Positions 39,657-52,080 of a stretch of 64,000 nt of DNA are shown here, piece by piece. The DNA lies in NCBI RefSeq assembly GCF_006345805.1, contig NC_042998.1, positions 169,818,001-169,882,000 of the forward strand, read 5' to 3'. Source of the DNA: Octopus sinensis (lineage: Eukaryota). A program made the position numbers and the translations under genes. Below the pieces are notes generated by a model. It saw only the letters and a program-made list of their open reading frames with translations. It ran no database searches and had not been told where the DNA came from. The stretch's first letter is position 1; every line of letters starts with the position of its first letter.

Positions 39657-40044
39657 GATGATGATATATAAATTAATGAATGATAAACGATTAGAAGCTA
39701 TGTAATCACCTTCATTAGCCAATAGGCTAATGTATCAGCTGAATGCATTAATGCACTGTTTCTTATATTGGTAACAGCTGTAAGCTATTGATGGTGATTG
39801 TGTAACTTCTATTCCTTTGTCATTCATTAACTGATATTACACTCTGTACTCTCCTGATACTTTACTCTAAAGTTAATGAATAATAAAGGAACAGGAGTCA
39901 CACAATCACCTTCATTAGCTTACAGCTGTTACTGCTATAAGAAGCAGTGCATTAATGCATTCAGCTATTCAATTAGCCTGTTGGCTTGAAGGTGATCACA
40001 TGACTTCTGATATTTTGTCATTCATTAATTTATATATCATCATC
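39657..40044. repeat. Long inverted repeat (arms 39657-39832 and 39871-40044, 38-nt spacer)
   Basis: For example, left cagctgaatgcattaatgcactgtttcttatattggtaacagctgtaagct pairs with right agcttacagctgttactgctataagaagcagtgcattaatgcattcagct. Confidence 0.9.
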
Positions 40045-40212
40045 ATCATATATTTATCAGCCAAAATTGTGAGGATAATCTGGTGCTTGACTGAGGATAG
40101 AGGGCTTCGAATGACTCATCTTTGTTTTCTTTGTATTGTCTATCTGGATGTTTTGTTGTCCCTTTATGTATCACCTAGCTGTCCGGATGTTTTGCATTCT
40201 TGTCCCATTCTG

Positions 40213-40251
<39 letters not shown>

Positions 40252-42096
40252 TAGGCATAGGTGTGGCTTTGCTTCTCAGTCGCATGGTTCTGGATTCTGT
40301 CTCACTGCATGGGCAAATGCCTTCTGCTATAGCCCCAGGCCAACTAAAAACTTGTGAACAAATTTGGTAGATAAATATGTGTGTGTGTGTGTGTGTGTGC
40401 ACATATTTGTACTAACTTGACATCACATGAAAATTGTACACAAGTGTCACTGTTGTGCAAGCAGTGTTCTTTATTTCTAATATTCTGTGAAAATATGTCT
40501 GGCCATGGAGAAATAATATCTTATGGAAACAGAAGGTTGGTAACAGGACAGACATCTAGCTGTAGAAAATCTGCTTCAGCAAATTCTATTTGACCCATGC
40601 AAGCATGGAAAAGTGAAAGTTAAAACAATGATGATGAAAACTAGTTGTTCAAAATCCCATTAGTGGGTATTTTAGAAGAAAGAAACTGACAAATGAAACA
40701 AATTGAATGTTTAGATTCAAAAGAAAAAACTAAAGAATTAACTGTGACAATAAAGACATCAGTGTCTAGGGTGGGAGGGTGGTGGGAATAATCTGATACA
40801 GTTAAAAAATAAATAAATAAATAAATAAATTACTATAGTCATTTTACTCCAAAGCTTGGAGCTTCAATTGCAATGACACTGATTCTGACTTATGTTAATA
40901 AGTACTGCACGTCAAAGTTTCTTTATGATAATCAATAAACAACTTTTTTTCATAAATAAGTTTTTAAATGTAAAATTGAAATGCGATATTTAAATCCTTG
41001 ATAAACAATCTTGGTCCTTGGCTAATAAAATAGAATATATTTGTAGTTGGAAAAATTTACAAGCAACATCTACTTAAAGTAGAAGTATTATATACCAAGC
41101 CAATTTTTTCTAGTTAGCAACATGATTAAATTTTGATGGAAGGTTGAAGAAACTGGAACAAAATTAAAGACATCAGATTTGAAATGATGCTGAACTGCAG
41201 TGGGGAGAGGAAAAAAAAAAAAATCAAATTATTGTTTAAGTTGTAGGTCATAAATAGAGAGGGTATCAGTCAAAAGACACCTTAACCATTTAAAATTCAG
41301 ATCATTCTGTCAAACATAATGCTTATTTAATCACTTTGTTTTGAATTAATCATGCAATATCTTTTAGCTTTGTGACTTTGATTATGGGTTTGTTTACTTT
41401 TGGTATAACATTATGAGGTAGGTATGAAAGACTGTATTTGGTTAGTTAGAATCTTTTGGTCAGCTAAGGCCAGTTTAAATGCTGATGAGTTAAACGAAAA
41501 AGAAGACCTTAGACTAAAACTGAAGCACAGGTATGGCTGAAAAGTTAAGAGGCTTTCTTTGTGACAATATAATTAATTTTATCTCTTTCAAATTCTGCTG
41601 ATGTCGACTTTGCCTTTCATCCTTTCGGGGTCAATAAATTAAGTACCAGTTGCGTACTGGGGTCAATCTAATTGACTGACCCTCTCCCCACAAATTTTGG
41701 GCTTTGTGCCTAGAGTAGAAATGAATATAATTCCATCTCATTCTGAGGCACATTAAGTAGTACAGTATTTTCTGCTAAAGCCTTGAGCTGGAAAATGCTT
41801 TGTGAATAAAATTTAGTAGATGGAAACTGAATGGAAGCTCAATATACCATCAGCATTATTTAACATCCACTTTTCCATGCTTGCACAGGCTTGAGAAAAA
41901 TTAAGACAGATTTTCTATGGTTGGAAGCCTTTCCTGTCACCAACCCTCACCTGTTTCCAAGCGAATAAATATTTCCCCATTGGCCAGACATGTCCTTGTG
42001 GAATCTTGAAAATGAATGACACTCTGTTTTTATTACAGTGGCAGTCATTTACAACAGTTACATGATGTCAAAATAAGGAGACACAAAACACACACA

Positions 42097-42130
<34 letters not shown>

Positions 42131-43791
42131 TGTATATTTACATGATGGGCTTCTTTCAGTTTTCATCTATTAAATCCATTCAGTAGGCTTTGGTCGACTC
42201 AGGGCTAGTAGAAAACACTTGCCTAAGGTACCATACAATGAAACTGAACTTAGAAGCATGTGGTTGGGAAGCAAACTTCTTACCACACAGCCATATTTGA
42301 ATGCTTCCAGGCATTTTCATATTGGCATCTGGTGAACAAAAACAGAGACAGTGTTTTTAGTTCCTGTAATATCCTGTATCAGTGGTGTTTTCATGTATCA
42401 AAACCAGTGGAATGACCATACCTTGTGTGAAAAACAAGCAAGGGCTGACAATAATGATATTTGGCGGCAAAATATTGCTTCAATAAGTCTTGTCCAATCC
42501 ATGGTAATATGTGGCGGGGGGGGGGGGGGGTGTATTAAAAACAATGATGAATTACGACAGTTATAAATTGCTAACAGCCTTTAAGCAAATTTTTAACAGA
42601 AAACGAAGTGACAATAAGGAACCTCAAATAAGTTATCTGAAGCTTACAGAATGAACTTCTATATGTGTGGCTGGTCCTTATACTTAATGATTTTAGCAAA
42701 ATTATTTCCCAAACTGAATAAATACTAAGCCCTGCTATTACATTCTTTGCTCCCATAGGATTGGCTGGTCCCTGCTAAATATAGGCAACTCACTCCCACA
42801 TTGAATTACTTCCTCCACAACACCAACTCCTTTAAATTGCTTGTCTGGCACTAAGTCAGCCAACTAATCGGAACTCTATTAATTCTACACTGACTTGCTT
42901 CCACATCAAATCTGCTTCTAGTCTTCCTCTTATTCATCCAAAACATCTACACAAATAACTGATATCATCCTTTTGGTATATCCCCTTACATCACTCTCAT
43001 AACCAAAAGTGCACAATCATTAACCCTCCAAATGCTTTTATCTGCAGCTGCGCTGTACCTAGAGGATATCATTCACCCACTAACTAGGATGTATTACGGT
43101 GTGTCACAATCTTTGAAAGCAAATGAACTGGTAAACTTGCACTTGAACTGTTCTGAAAGAAAATGTATCAGGTGAAACATATTCCTCATTTTACTCATTA
43201 TTTTAAGATAATTTTTTCTGTTTTAAGTGTTTTGTTAGTATTTAATTGTCCACTCAGATTCTCTACAATTTACTTTTGCATTACTGGAATAAACAGGACA
43301 GTGGCCATGCTGGGGCACTACCTTTAAGAGTTTAGTCAAATAAATTGACTGCAGCATTTCTTTTCTTTTTTTGTTGGCACTTATTCTACTAGTCTCTTTT
43401 GCCGAACTGCTAAGTTACAGAGACATAAACAAACCCACAAAGGTTGTCAAGCAGTAAGTGTACAAACATAAAGACACACACACATGTATATGCGTAAGTT
43501 GTCTAAAAGTCCACAAGTTAGGGAAAGATGCACTCGTATATCTGTCAATAGAGTGGGCATATTATCCAACATGTACAATAAGATGTATCTATCACGGCTG
43601 ATCTTACCACCTGGTTTCGCACTTAGGGTACAACAAAGTGTAAGGTAACAATCTGATTATATAACTCTATGCTCATTAGAGGTAGCTGATACAGAATGAA
43701 ATATAACACTCTGTTGAACCCCTAGTTGAAACCGGTTAGTAAGATCAGCTGTGATGGATATATAATACTGTACACTTTGGATGATAATAAA

Positions 43792-44340
43792 TCATCATCA
43801 TCATCATCGTTTAACGTCCGTTTTCTATGCTGGCATGGGTAGGACGGTTTGATTGAGGTCTGGATAGCCAGTGGCTGCACCAGGCTCCAATCTGATCTGG
43901 CAATGTTTCTACAGCTGGATGTCCTTCCTAACGCCAACCACTGAGTATAGTGGGTGTTTTTTACATGCCACTAGCACAGGAACCAGTCAGGTGATCCTGG
44001 CACCGATCTCCTTCGGATAGTGCTTTTTACATGCCACCAGCATGGGAGCCAATCAGCAAGTACTGGTATTGGCCACATTCAGATGGTGCTTTTTATGTGC
44101 CACTGGCATGGGAGCCATTCAGGGAACACTGGCATTGACCATGTTTGGATGATGCATTTTACATATCACAGGAACAGGGCCAGTCAGGGGCACTGGCCAC
44201 AACTGCGATTTTGGTTTTACTTGACTCAACAGGTCTTCTCAAGCATATCATATTGCTTGACGCATCAAGGGTACTCTTAAATGGGTTGGACATGCAACAC
44301 TGGCATCAGCCATGGCTGCAATCTCTCTTTAGTTTCCAGG
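43792..44340 (-). mobile_element. SINE-like retroposon family C ((GAT)n tail, internal tandem ggtgcttttacgtgccacc subrepeats); other copies 17795-17918-, 21985-22120+, 27886-28040-, 35417-35700-, 38520-38692-, 39290-39510+, 48493-48782-, 57291-57660+
   Basis: Shared ggaagggcatccagctgtagaaa...cccatgctagcatggaaa.cggacgttaaa(tga)n 3' end with variable 5' truncation. Confidence 0.85.
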
Positions 44341-44343
44341 TCT

Positions 44344-44388
<45 letters not shown>

Positions 44389-45421
44389 TACAGTGTTTAC
44401 ATTTACCAAATTCTCTCTAAAGGCATTGGTTCTGGGGCTAAGACACTTGGCCATGGTAATGTGTAGTGGGACTGAACCCAAAACCACATGGTTACAAAGT
44501 GAACTTCTTAACCACACAGCCATACATGTATGCTTCTTGAACATAGTGATTTCCAGCTTAATGTTTTGCTTTGGATGGATATCATTAGGTTAAAACATCC
44601 GAGTCAGAAACTACAAAATGTATATTAAATACCATTTTTTTCCCCCAAGTAAATAAAATGGTATTTTAATCACTGCTTAAATTATAAAAAAAATTTCTTT
44701 AAATTGCAAATGATGTAAGTAACATTTGAAAGGAAAAACAGCAATGACTAAACTAAAATAAACACCAGATAAAAGTCAACAATTAATTGTACTAGTAATT
44801 AGAAATGAAGTGTGATTGATAAAAAGTGAGCATATCTAGAAGAGAGAGAGAGAGAAGTCAGTGTTATATGAGTAGCATACAATTAGTTCCAAACAGCTTT
44901 CAATAAAAAATGTCTTTATTTGGTGAGAAAATCTAAGCACTCTGCTTCTATATGAATAAATAAAAGATATTTCTTAAAAGTTTTATCAATAATAAAGGCA
45001 ATACTGGAGCAGTGGTATATGACAAGATGTTGCAGTAAATCAGCCCTGATTAGGAAGGTCTATGATCAAAGGTATTCCATTCAAGACCATCCTGTCTTTT
45101 CCCTGGGTGCGATACACATGAGAAATCATTGACATGATGTATTATGTTGTCATCATGATCGTAATTGTTTCCATGTCCACTTTTTTTCCATGCTGGCATG
45201 GGTTACATGAAACATTTTGGCTGGTTCTACATCTAGATACTCTTTCTGTTGCCAACCCTCACTTGTTTTCCAAGCAGATATGTTTATTTTATGTGTTTTT
45301 TTTTCTTTCATAAAACTGCCAAACTATGAGACAGAATTTACTGAAAACAAACAACATCATTGCTCAAACAGTGTCAATGTGATGCATGCCAGAAATTAAC
45401 TCCTTGCACTTACTCTAGCTC

Positions 45422-45465
<44 letters not shown>

Positions 45466-45524
45466 ATAGGTTGCTGCACTGTTTCCATCTACCAGTTCTA
45501 TACAGAAGGCATTGGCTGAATTCA

Positions 45525-45945
45525 GGCGGCGAGCTGGCAGAAACGTTAGCACGCTGGGCGAAATGCTTAGCTGTATTTCGTCTGCCGCTACATTCTGAGT
45601 TCAAATTTCACCGAGATCGACTTTGCCTTTCATCCTTTCGGGGTCAATTAAATAAGTACCAGTTACGCACTGGGGTCGATATAATCGACTTAATCTGTCT
45701 GTCCTTGTTTGTTCCTTCTGTGTTTAGCCCCTTGTGGGTAGTAAAGAAATAGGTATTTCGTCTGCTGTAACGTACTGAGTTCAAATTCCACCGAGGTCAA
45801 CTTTGCCTTTCATACTTTCGGGGTAGATAAATTAAGTACCAGTTATGCACTGAGGTTGATGTAATCGACTTAATCCCTTTGTCTGTCCTTGTTTGTCCCC
45901 TCTATGTTCAGCCCCTTGTGGGCAATAAAGAAATAAGAAATAAGA
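45525..45945 (+). mobile_element. SINE family B, 1.5-mer with 17-bp TSD, nested in a family A copy; other B copies 18142-18343+, 21279-21620+, 31476-31686+, 41590-41720+, 48830-49000-, 57110-57690-, 59470-59678-, 59694-59905-, 61144-61369+
   Basis: Head ggcggcgagctggcagaaacgttag, B-box-like gagttcaaatt, central gcctttcatcctttcggggtc. TSD attggctgaattcaggc at 45511-45527 and 45946-45962. Confidence 0.9.
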
Positions 45946-46736
45946 ATTGGCTGAATTCAGGCTATGATGGAAGATACTTGCCCAAGATGCTACACAGTAG
46001 AACCAAACAAAACCACATGATTGTGAATACAACGTCATAAAAACACAATATGCCTATAGACACACATACACACACACTAAATGAGCTTCCATACAATTTC
46101 CATCTATCAATCTCACTCAAAAGGAATTGGTTAGCCTGAGGCCTATAGTAATAGAAAGTTACTTGTTCAATGTACCAAACTGTGGAACCCGAAACCATGA
46201 GGTTATGAAGCAAGTTCCAAATAGTTTCTTTAAACTTCAGCAATGAATTTTTATTTCAGATTGTTCAGTAAAATTGTTGCTGTGTAATGTTTAGTAACTA
46301 ATAATTCTTGCTTCACAAGGCTTGATATATTGGGAGATGGGGAGGTCATCAATTACATCAAACCCCAGTGCTTTTATGGACTGTGAAAGGATGAAAAGCA
46401 AAGTTGATCTTCAGAGAATTTGAACTTCAAACTTAAAAAGCTAAAAGAAATGACCTCTCCTTGTCCCTTTTTTGTATCATCTGACTGGATGTTTTGTTGT
46501 CTCGCTTTTGTATCATCTAGCAGTCTGGATGTTTTGCATTCTAGTCCCATTTTTTGTATTCCTTTAAATATATCATCATCATCATCGTTTAGCGTCCGTT
46601 TTCCATGCTATATATACACACACACACACACACCTATATATATATATATACATACACACATTATCATTTTAGTCATTTTTGACTGCGACCATGCTGGATC
46701 ACTGCCTTTAGTTGAACAAATCGACCCCAGGACTTT

Positions 46737-46769
<33 letters not shown>

Positions 46770-46816
46770 TATATATATAAATATATAAGAGAGGGATGAC
46801 CACTATGTGGACATCC

Positions 46817-46859
<43 letters not shown>

Positions 46860-46866
<7 letters not shown>

Positions 46867-46870
46867 TATA

Positions 46871-46910
<40 letters not shown>

Positions 46911-47023
46911 ATACATACATAACATATACACACATATATATATATATACATATATATATATACATAACATATACACACATATATATATATATACATATAT
47001 ATATATACATAACATATACACAC

Positions 47024-47054
<31 letters not shown>

Positions 47055-47210
47055 CATAACATATACACACATATATATATATACATATATATATATATAC
47101 ATAACATATACACACATATATATATATACATATATATATATATACATAACATATACACACATATATATATACATAACATATACACACATATATATATACA
47201 CATAACATAT
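46860..47210. repeat. Higher-order minisatellite built from TA/CA microsatellite (about 34-36 bp unit tacataacatatacacac(at)n)
   Basis: About 9 recurrences of cataacatatacacac separated by variable (AT) runs. Confidence 0.9.
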
Positions 47211-47232
47211 ACACACATATATATATACACAC

Positions 47233-47285
<53 letters not shown>

Positions 47286-50088
47286 TATGCATATACATAT
47301 ATATATATATATATCAAAATAAGTAACAGGGATATCCAGAGGTAATGCAGTACGATCATTTCAAGCAACTCCATTTAATTGAACAATGCAATCATTACAT
47401 CAATTTAAATGCAGAGAAATCCTCAGCTGCATAAAGACATACAATTTAATTAAATTAAAACAGATGGACACAGTATAATTTTACCTAAAAACTCCAAGAA
47501 GGTAAGGGGATAAACAGTGAACATGCTGTCTTCATTTCAACTAAGTGAAGACAGCATGTTCTCTGCCATACATATACATATACACATACATTTATACATA
47601 CATACATACATACATTTATGCACACACACACACATATATATGTATATAATATGTATACATGAACACACACACTTTTCTACTGCTTTCAGTTACTAGACTG
47701 TATAAACAGTGACCATGTTGGCACACTGCTTTAAAGGGGTTTATTTGATCTATCAACCCTAGTACATGTTGTAAGTATGGTACTTATTTTAGCAATGTGT
47801 ATTTAGAGCACTGATACATAACAAGAAATAAAGTTAGACACTTGTTTTGTGAAATGTAGAGATCAACACGTACAAACATATGCTCATATACATGTATGTA
47901 TATGACTACTACATAGTTTCTGTCCACCAATTCCTGAAGCCACAGTAGATAATATTTGCCTGAGGCACCAGGTAGTCAAAACAAACTTCTTAACTACACA
48001 ACTGTAACTGCACTGTGTCAATTTAGTTTGGCTTCTGTGTGGATGCCTTTCCTAATGCCAATTGTGTGTGTGTGTTTAGGCCAATATGCGATCTGATAGC
48101 TTAAGCTAGCCATTTAATAGAAGTTGATAAAATAAGTACCAGATTGAAATAAGTAATAAGATTAGTGTGACTGGACAGTCTAATGCATGAAACCAGTAAA
48201 AAATACACAATTGAATAATTACACAATTTGCATTAAATTAGGACTGTTCTTCCATAGAGTGAAATATTAAAAGCACACCATATTTCATGAATAAATGATA
48301 AAACAGGAGAACTAACTCAGTGATCATCCATTTGTTTACACCCATTTTTTCATGTTGGTGTGGATTAGATAGACTCATTAAAGCATAATTTTATAGTTTG
48401 ATACCCCTCCTGTGGCCAACCCATATCTATTTTTCAAGTAAGGGATTTCTTTTTATTATTTCACTAGTACTCCTTGCAATCATATGAAGACATCATCATC
48501 ATCATCGTTTAACGTCCGTTTTCCATGCTAGCATGGGTTGGATGGTTTGACCGGGGTCAGGGAAACCAGGAGGCTGCACAAGGCTCCAGTCTGATCTGGC
48601 AGTGTTTCTACAGCTGGATGCCCTTCCTAATGCCAACCACTTCGTGAGTGTAGTGGGTGCTTTTTACGTGCCACCGGCATAGGTGCCAGGCGAGGCTGGC
48701 AATGGCCACGATCGCTTGGTGCTTTTTACATACCACCGGCATGGCCATGTTCGGATGGTGCTTTTTACGTGCCACCAGCACATGAAATATAAACATTCAT
48801 ACACACACATATTGTCTAATCATAGACAAAAAGCCTGAAATTTTGAGCCAATTACATCAACCCTAGTGCTCAACTGGTACTTATTTTATTAACCCTGAAA
48901 AGATGCAAGGTAAAGCAGAACCTGGCAGAATTTGAACTCAGAGCAAAGTCAGAAGAAATGCCATAAGCATCCTGTCTATTATGCTAACAATTCTGCCCTG
49001 TGTGCATACATATGTACAATCACCCATCCATTCATTTGTGTGTGTGTGTGTGTGCGTGTATAAAATACTAAATAATCATAATTCTGAAACTACATTTTTT
49101 TCTGGTACATTTTTGTTTTTTTACTTCCTTACAAAAAGAAATTGTTTATATGATAATGTAATCCTTGGGGAGAAACTTGCTGGCTGATAGTCTTTAGAGA
49201 CATTACTTCGCATATATGAAACTGTCAATAGACAATGTGGCCAGCAGCAACAAGCTTCTAAGCCAATAAGAGATTGTTACTTTAAAGAAATGCAATGAAA
49301 GTCTTAAAATATTTAAGTTGCAGATATGACAAATAAGAATGTTGTGTACTAGTTGTATGAGTGTAAACAGCCTGAGAATCAATATATGAAACAAACTATT
49401 AAATAATAAAACTTAGATTTAAAGAAAAAAAAAAGCCATTAACATAGCAGATACTGAAATTAGGTCACTATGTAAAATTTTTCAAAACAGTAAACGTATA
49501 ATGCTTAAGACAAACTTAGACAAGAATTAGTCCAATCCAATAACAAATCGCTCATTGATGCAGGCAGCGTTAAACTTAAATGTCCTACTGTTGGTTCAGA
49601 TTTGCTTTTTAACTCTCTGCAGTTGAGAGAACAAGTTCCTTTATATACTGTATTGAAAAGAAAAAAAAAAACAACAACCCAAAAAACGAAAATGAAAAAA
49701 AAAACCCAAATAAAACAGAACTTTATTATTTAGAGACACCATCCACATGAAAACAATATTTAAGTCAGTGTTAATATTTAATTAGTGACGAAATGATAAC
49801 GTTAGGTCAATGACTACTAATATTATCATTTACATTATTTTGTCAAGCAAGTACAGGAGACAACCCTGGACTTATTTCAGACTTATAAGACTTCCTCAGT
49901 GAAGCATTGACTTCACTATACTTGCTTAAGTAGTCAAGAGTAAATTACTAAGTAGATGTGCTATACTGTACATATACACACATGTGGAAAATCCTATTTA
50001 CTTAGATTTTTGCTTTCTATATTAAATCTCTAGATCACTGATATGTATGTTGGTTGATTTATTTCTCTAGTCATACTTTACATCATAT

Positions 50089-50127
<39 letters not shown>

Positions 50128-50890
50128 GATAGGTAGATAGACATAGAGAGATAGAAAAAGAGAGAGATATACAAAGTTAACATAAGTTGATAGAGAAACA
50201 TCAAAATAGAAAAGCAGTGGTAGGAGGATGGTAAAGATGGTAAAAGTTATGAGGTTGATGGATGCCTAATACATGACACACACACACATACTTGCAGGTA
50301 GATGTACACACTTAACTACTGTTTCAGAAGAATAAACTTGACCGGCTGTTGGTAGAAGAGGTAAAGAAGCAGTAGGTAGGTTGAGATGGATGGATGGATG
50401 GATACATGGATAGCCGGATAGACAAAACGTGCTTATACTGTCTCCTTCATAAGCTTGTCTTCCTAGCATTCATAATAATTTTTCTATCATCTTAGCTTAA
50501 CAGCCCTCACCAATTGTTTTTACTGTTTTGTACTCACTGTCCTGTTCTTGTTACCACTTTCACCTTCCGCAAAAAATCCCAAATTTTATTTAATTTGCTT
50601 TGCGGGAAGGACTGTTTTAGCGAAGTCATATATTGCCCTTGCCTTCGAAATGTGGAGTAGATGAAACAGAGACAACTCAAGAAGGGGAATATTCTTTATG
50701 TTGTATGTCTCGTTTCTCTGTTTGATTTTTTCATTGTTCGAAAAAAAGTTTGTTTCTATGTTTTTGTTTTTATGTTTTCGTTTCTCATTGTGTTCAACGT
50801 TTTTTTGATGTCCTGTACCCATATATGCATGTATAGGTATGCACATATATGTATGTATCTATGCATATATTTATATATTATTTATATTAT

Positions 50891-50891
<1 letters not shown>

Positions 50892-50951
<60 letters not shown>
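50892..50951. repeat. (GATA)n microsatellite
   Basis: Read directly. Confidence 0.95.
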
Positions 50952-51689
50952 TTTGATATAATATTAGCCAATAATCCAACCTATACCAGAATGGAAAAGC
51001 AATCTTTAAAAAAAATGGAGATGATGATGGGGAAAGGGTTGGCAGTTGTTTTTCTCATTGTTATACAATCCAGATGATGAAGGTCCATAGTTAATGGCAC
51101 AGTGTTGTAAAGGAATTCCACTCTTGCCTGCATGGGAAAAATTGACGCAAAATTTACGATAATGAGTCACAAAAGATTTATGCCCTCCCCCGCATTTGGA
51201 TAATTGGTCTTGTGTTTAAGAAATTAGATTCAGCCTTTGCAAGAGTCACTTTCATTAGTACATATATGGCTGCTAAAATAATGTAACACTATTTAGTTGT
51301 TGATTATTTGGTCATTGAACAAAGTTAAAAAGAAAATACAAAAGTTAAAAGCATTAGACTGACGTACTGTACAATTTGCTAAATACAAAAGTAAAGGTGT
51401 TAGCATATTTGATATAGTAAGTTAAGACATTTTAATTAAAACTGCACCTTTAATGATGAGAACAATAATTATTTAAGTGATTAATTCTGGTCAAAAAGCA
51501 GGGGAGATAATCTAAAGATTTTAATTAAATTAATTAAATATGGAATGCAGTAGACAGTGAGTCTGATCTAATTAAGATATATTGGTATATTCAGCAGTGC
51601 AGATTTTAGCAAGTGTGCTCCGGAAATGTACTTTACATAAATCTCAAATATGCATTCTTAATGAAGTTAGTATCATTGTTAGCAATATA

Positions 51690-52080
51690 CTCTCTTTTAC
51701 TCTTTTCAGTCATTTGATTGTGGCCATGCTGGAGCAATGCCTTTAGTCGAGCAAATCGACCCCAGGACTTATTCTTTGTAAGCCTAGTACTTATTTGATC
51801 GGTTTCTTTTGCCGAACCACTAAGTTACAAGGATGTAAACACACCAGCATCGGTTGTTAAGCGATGTTGCGGGGACAAACACAGACACACAAGCACGCAC
51901 GCACACACACACACACACACACGACGGGCTTCTTTCAGTTTCCGTCTACCAAATCCATTCACAAGGCTTTGGTTGGCCCAAGGCTATAGTAGAAGACACT
52001 TGCCCAAGGTACCATGCAGTGGGACTGAACCCAGAACCATGTGGTTGGTAAGCAAGCTACTTACCACACAGCCACTCCTA
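51690..52080 (-). mobile_element. SINE family A, near-intact CpG-retaining copy
   Basis: Full head (taggagtggctgtgtggtaag), B box and tail on the minus strand. Confidence 0.92.

Noticed and set aside
40088-40120. CTGAGGA..cttcGAA hammerhead-like motif in a repeat shared with 46455-46570
   Set aside because: GAAA and the cleavage site are missing. Possibly a decayed motif, but not callable.
46708-47374. ORFs of 130-212 aa rich in Y/I/C/V
   Set aside because: Entirely (TA)/(CA) microsatellite.
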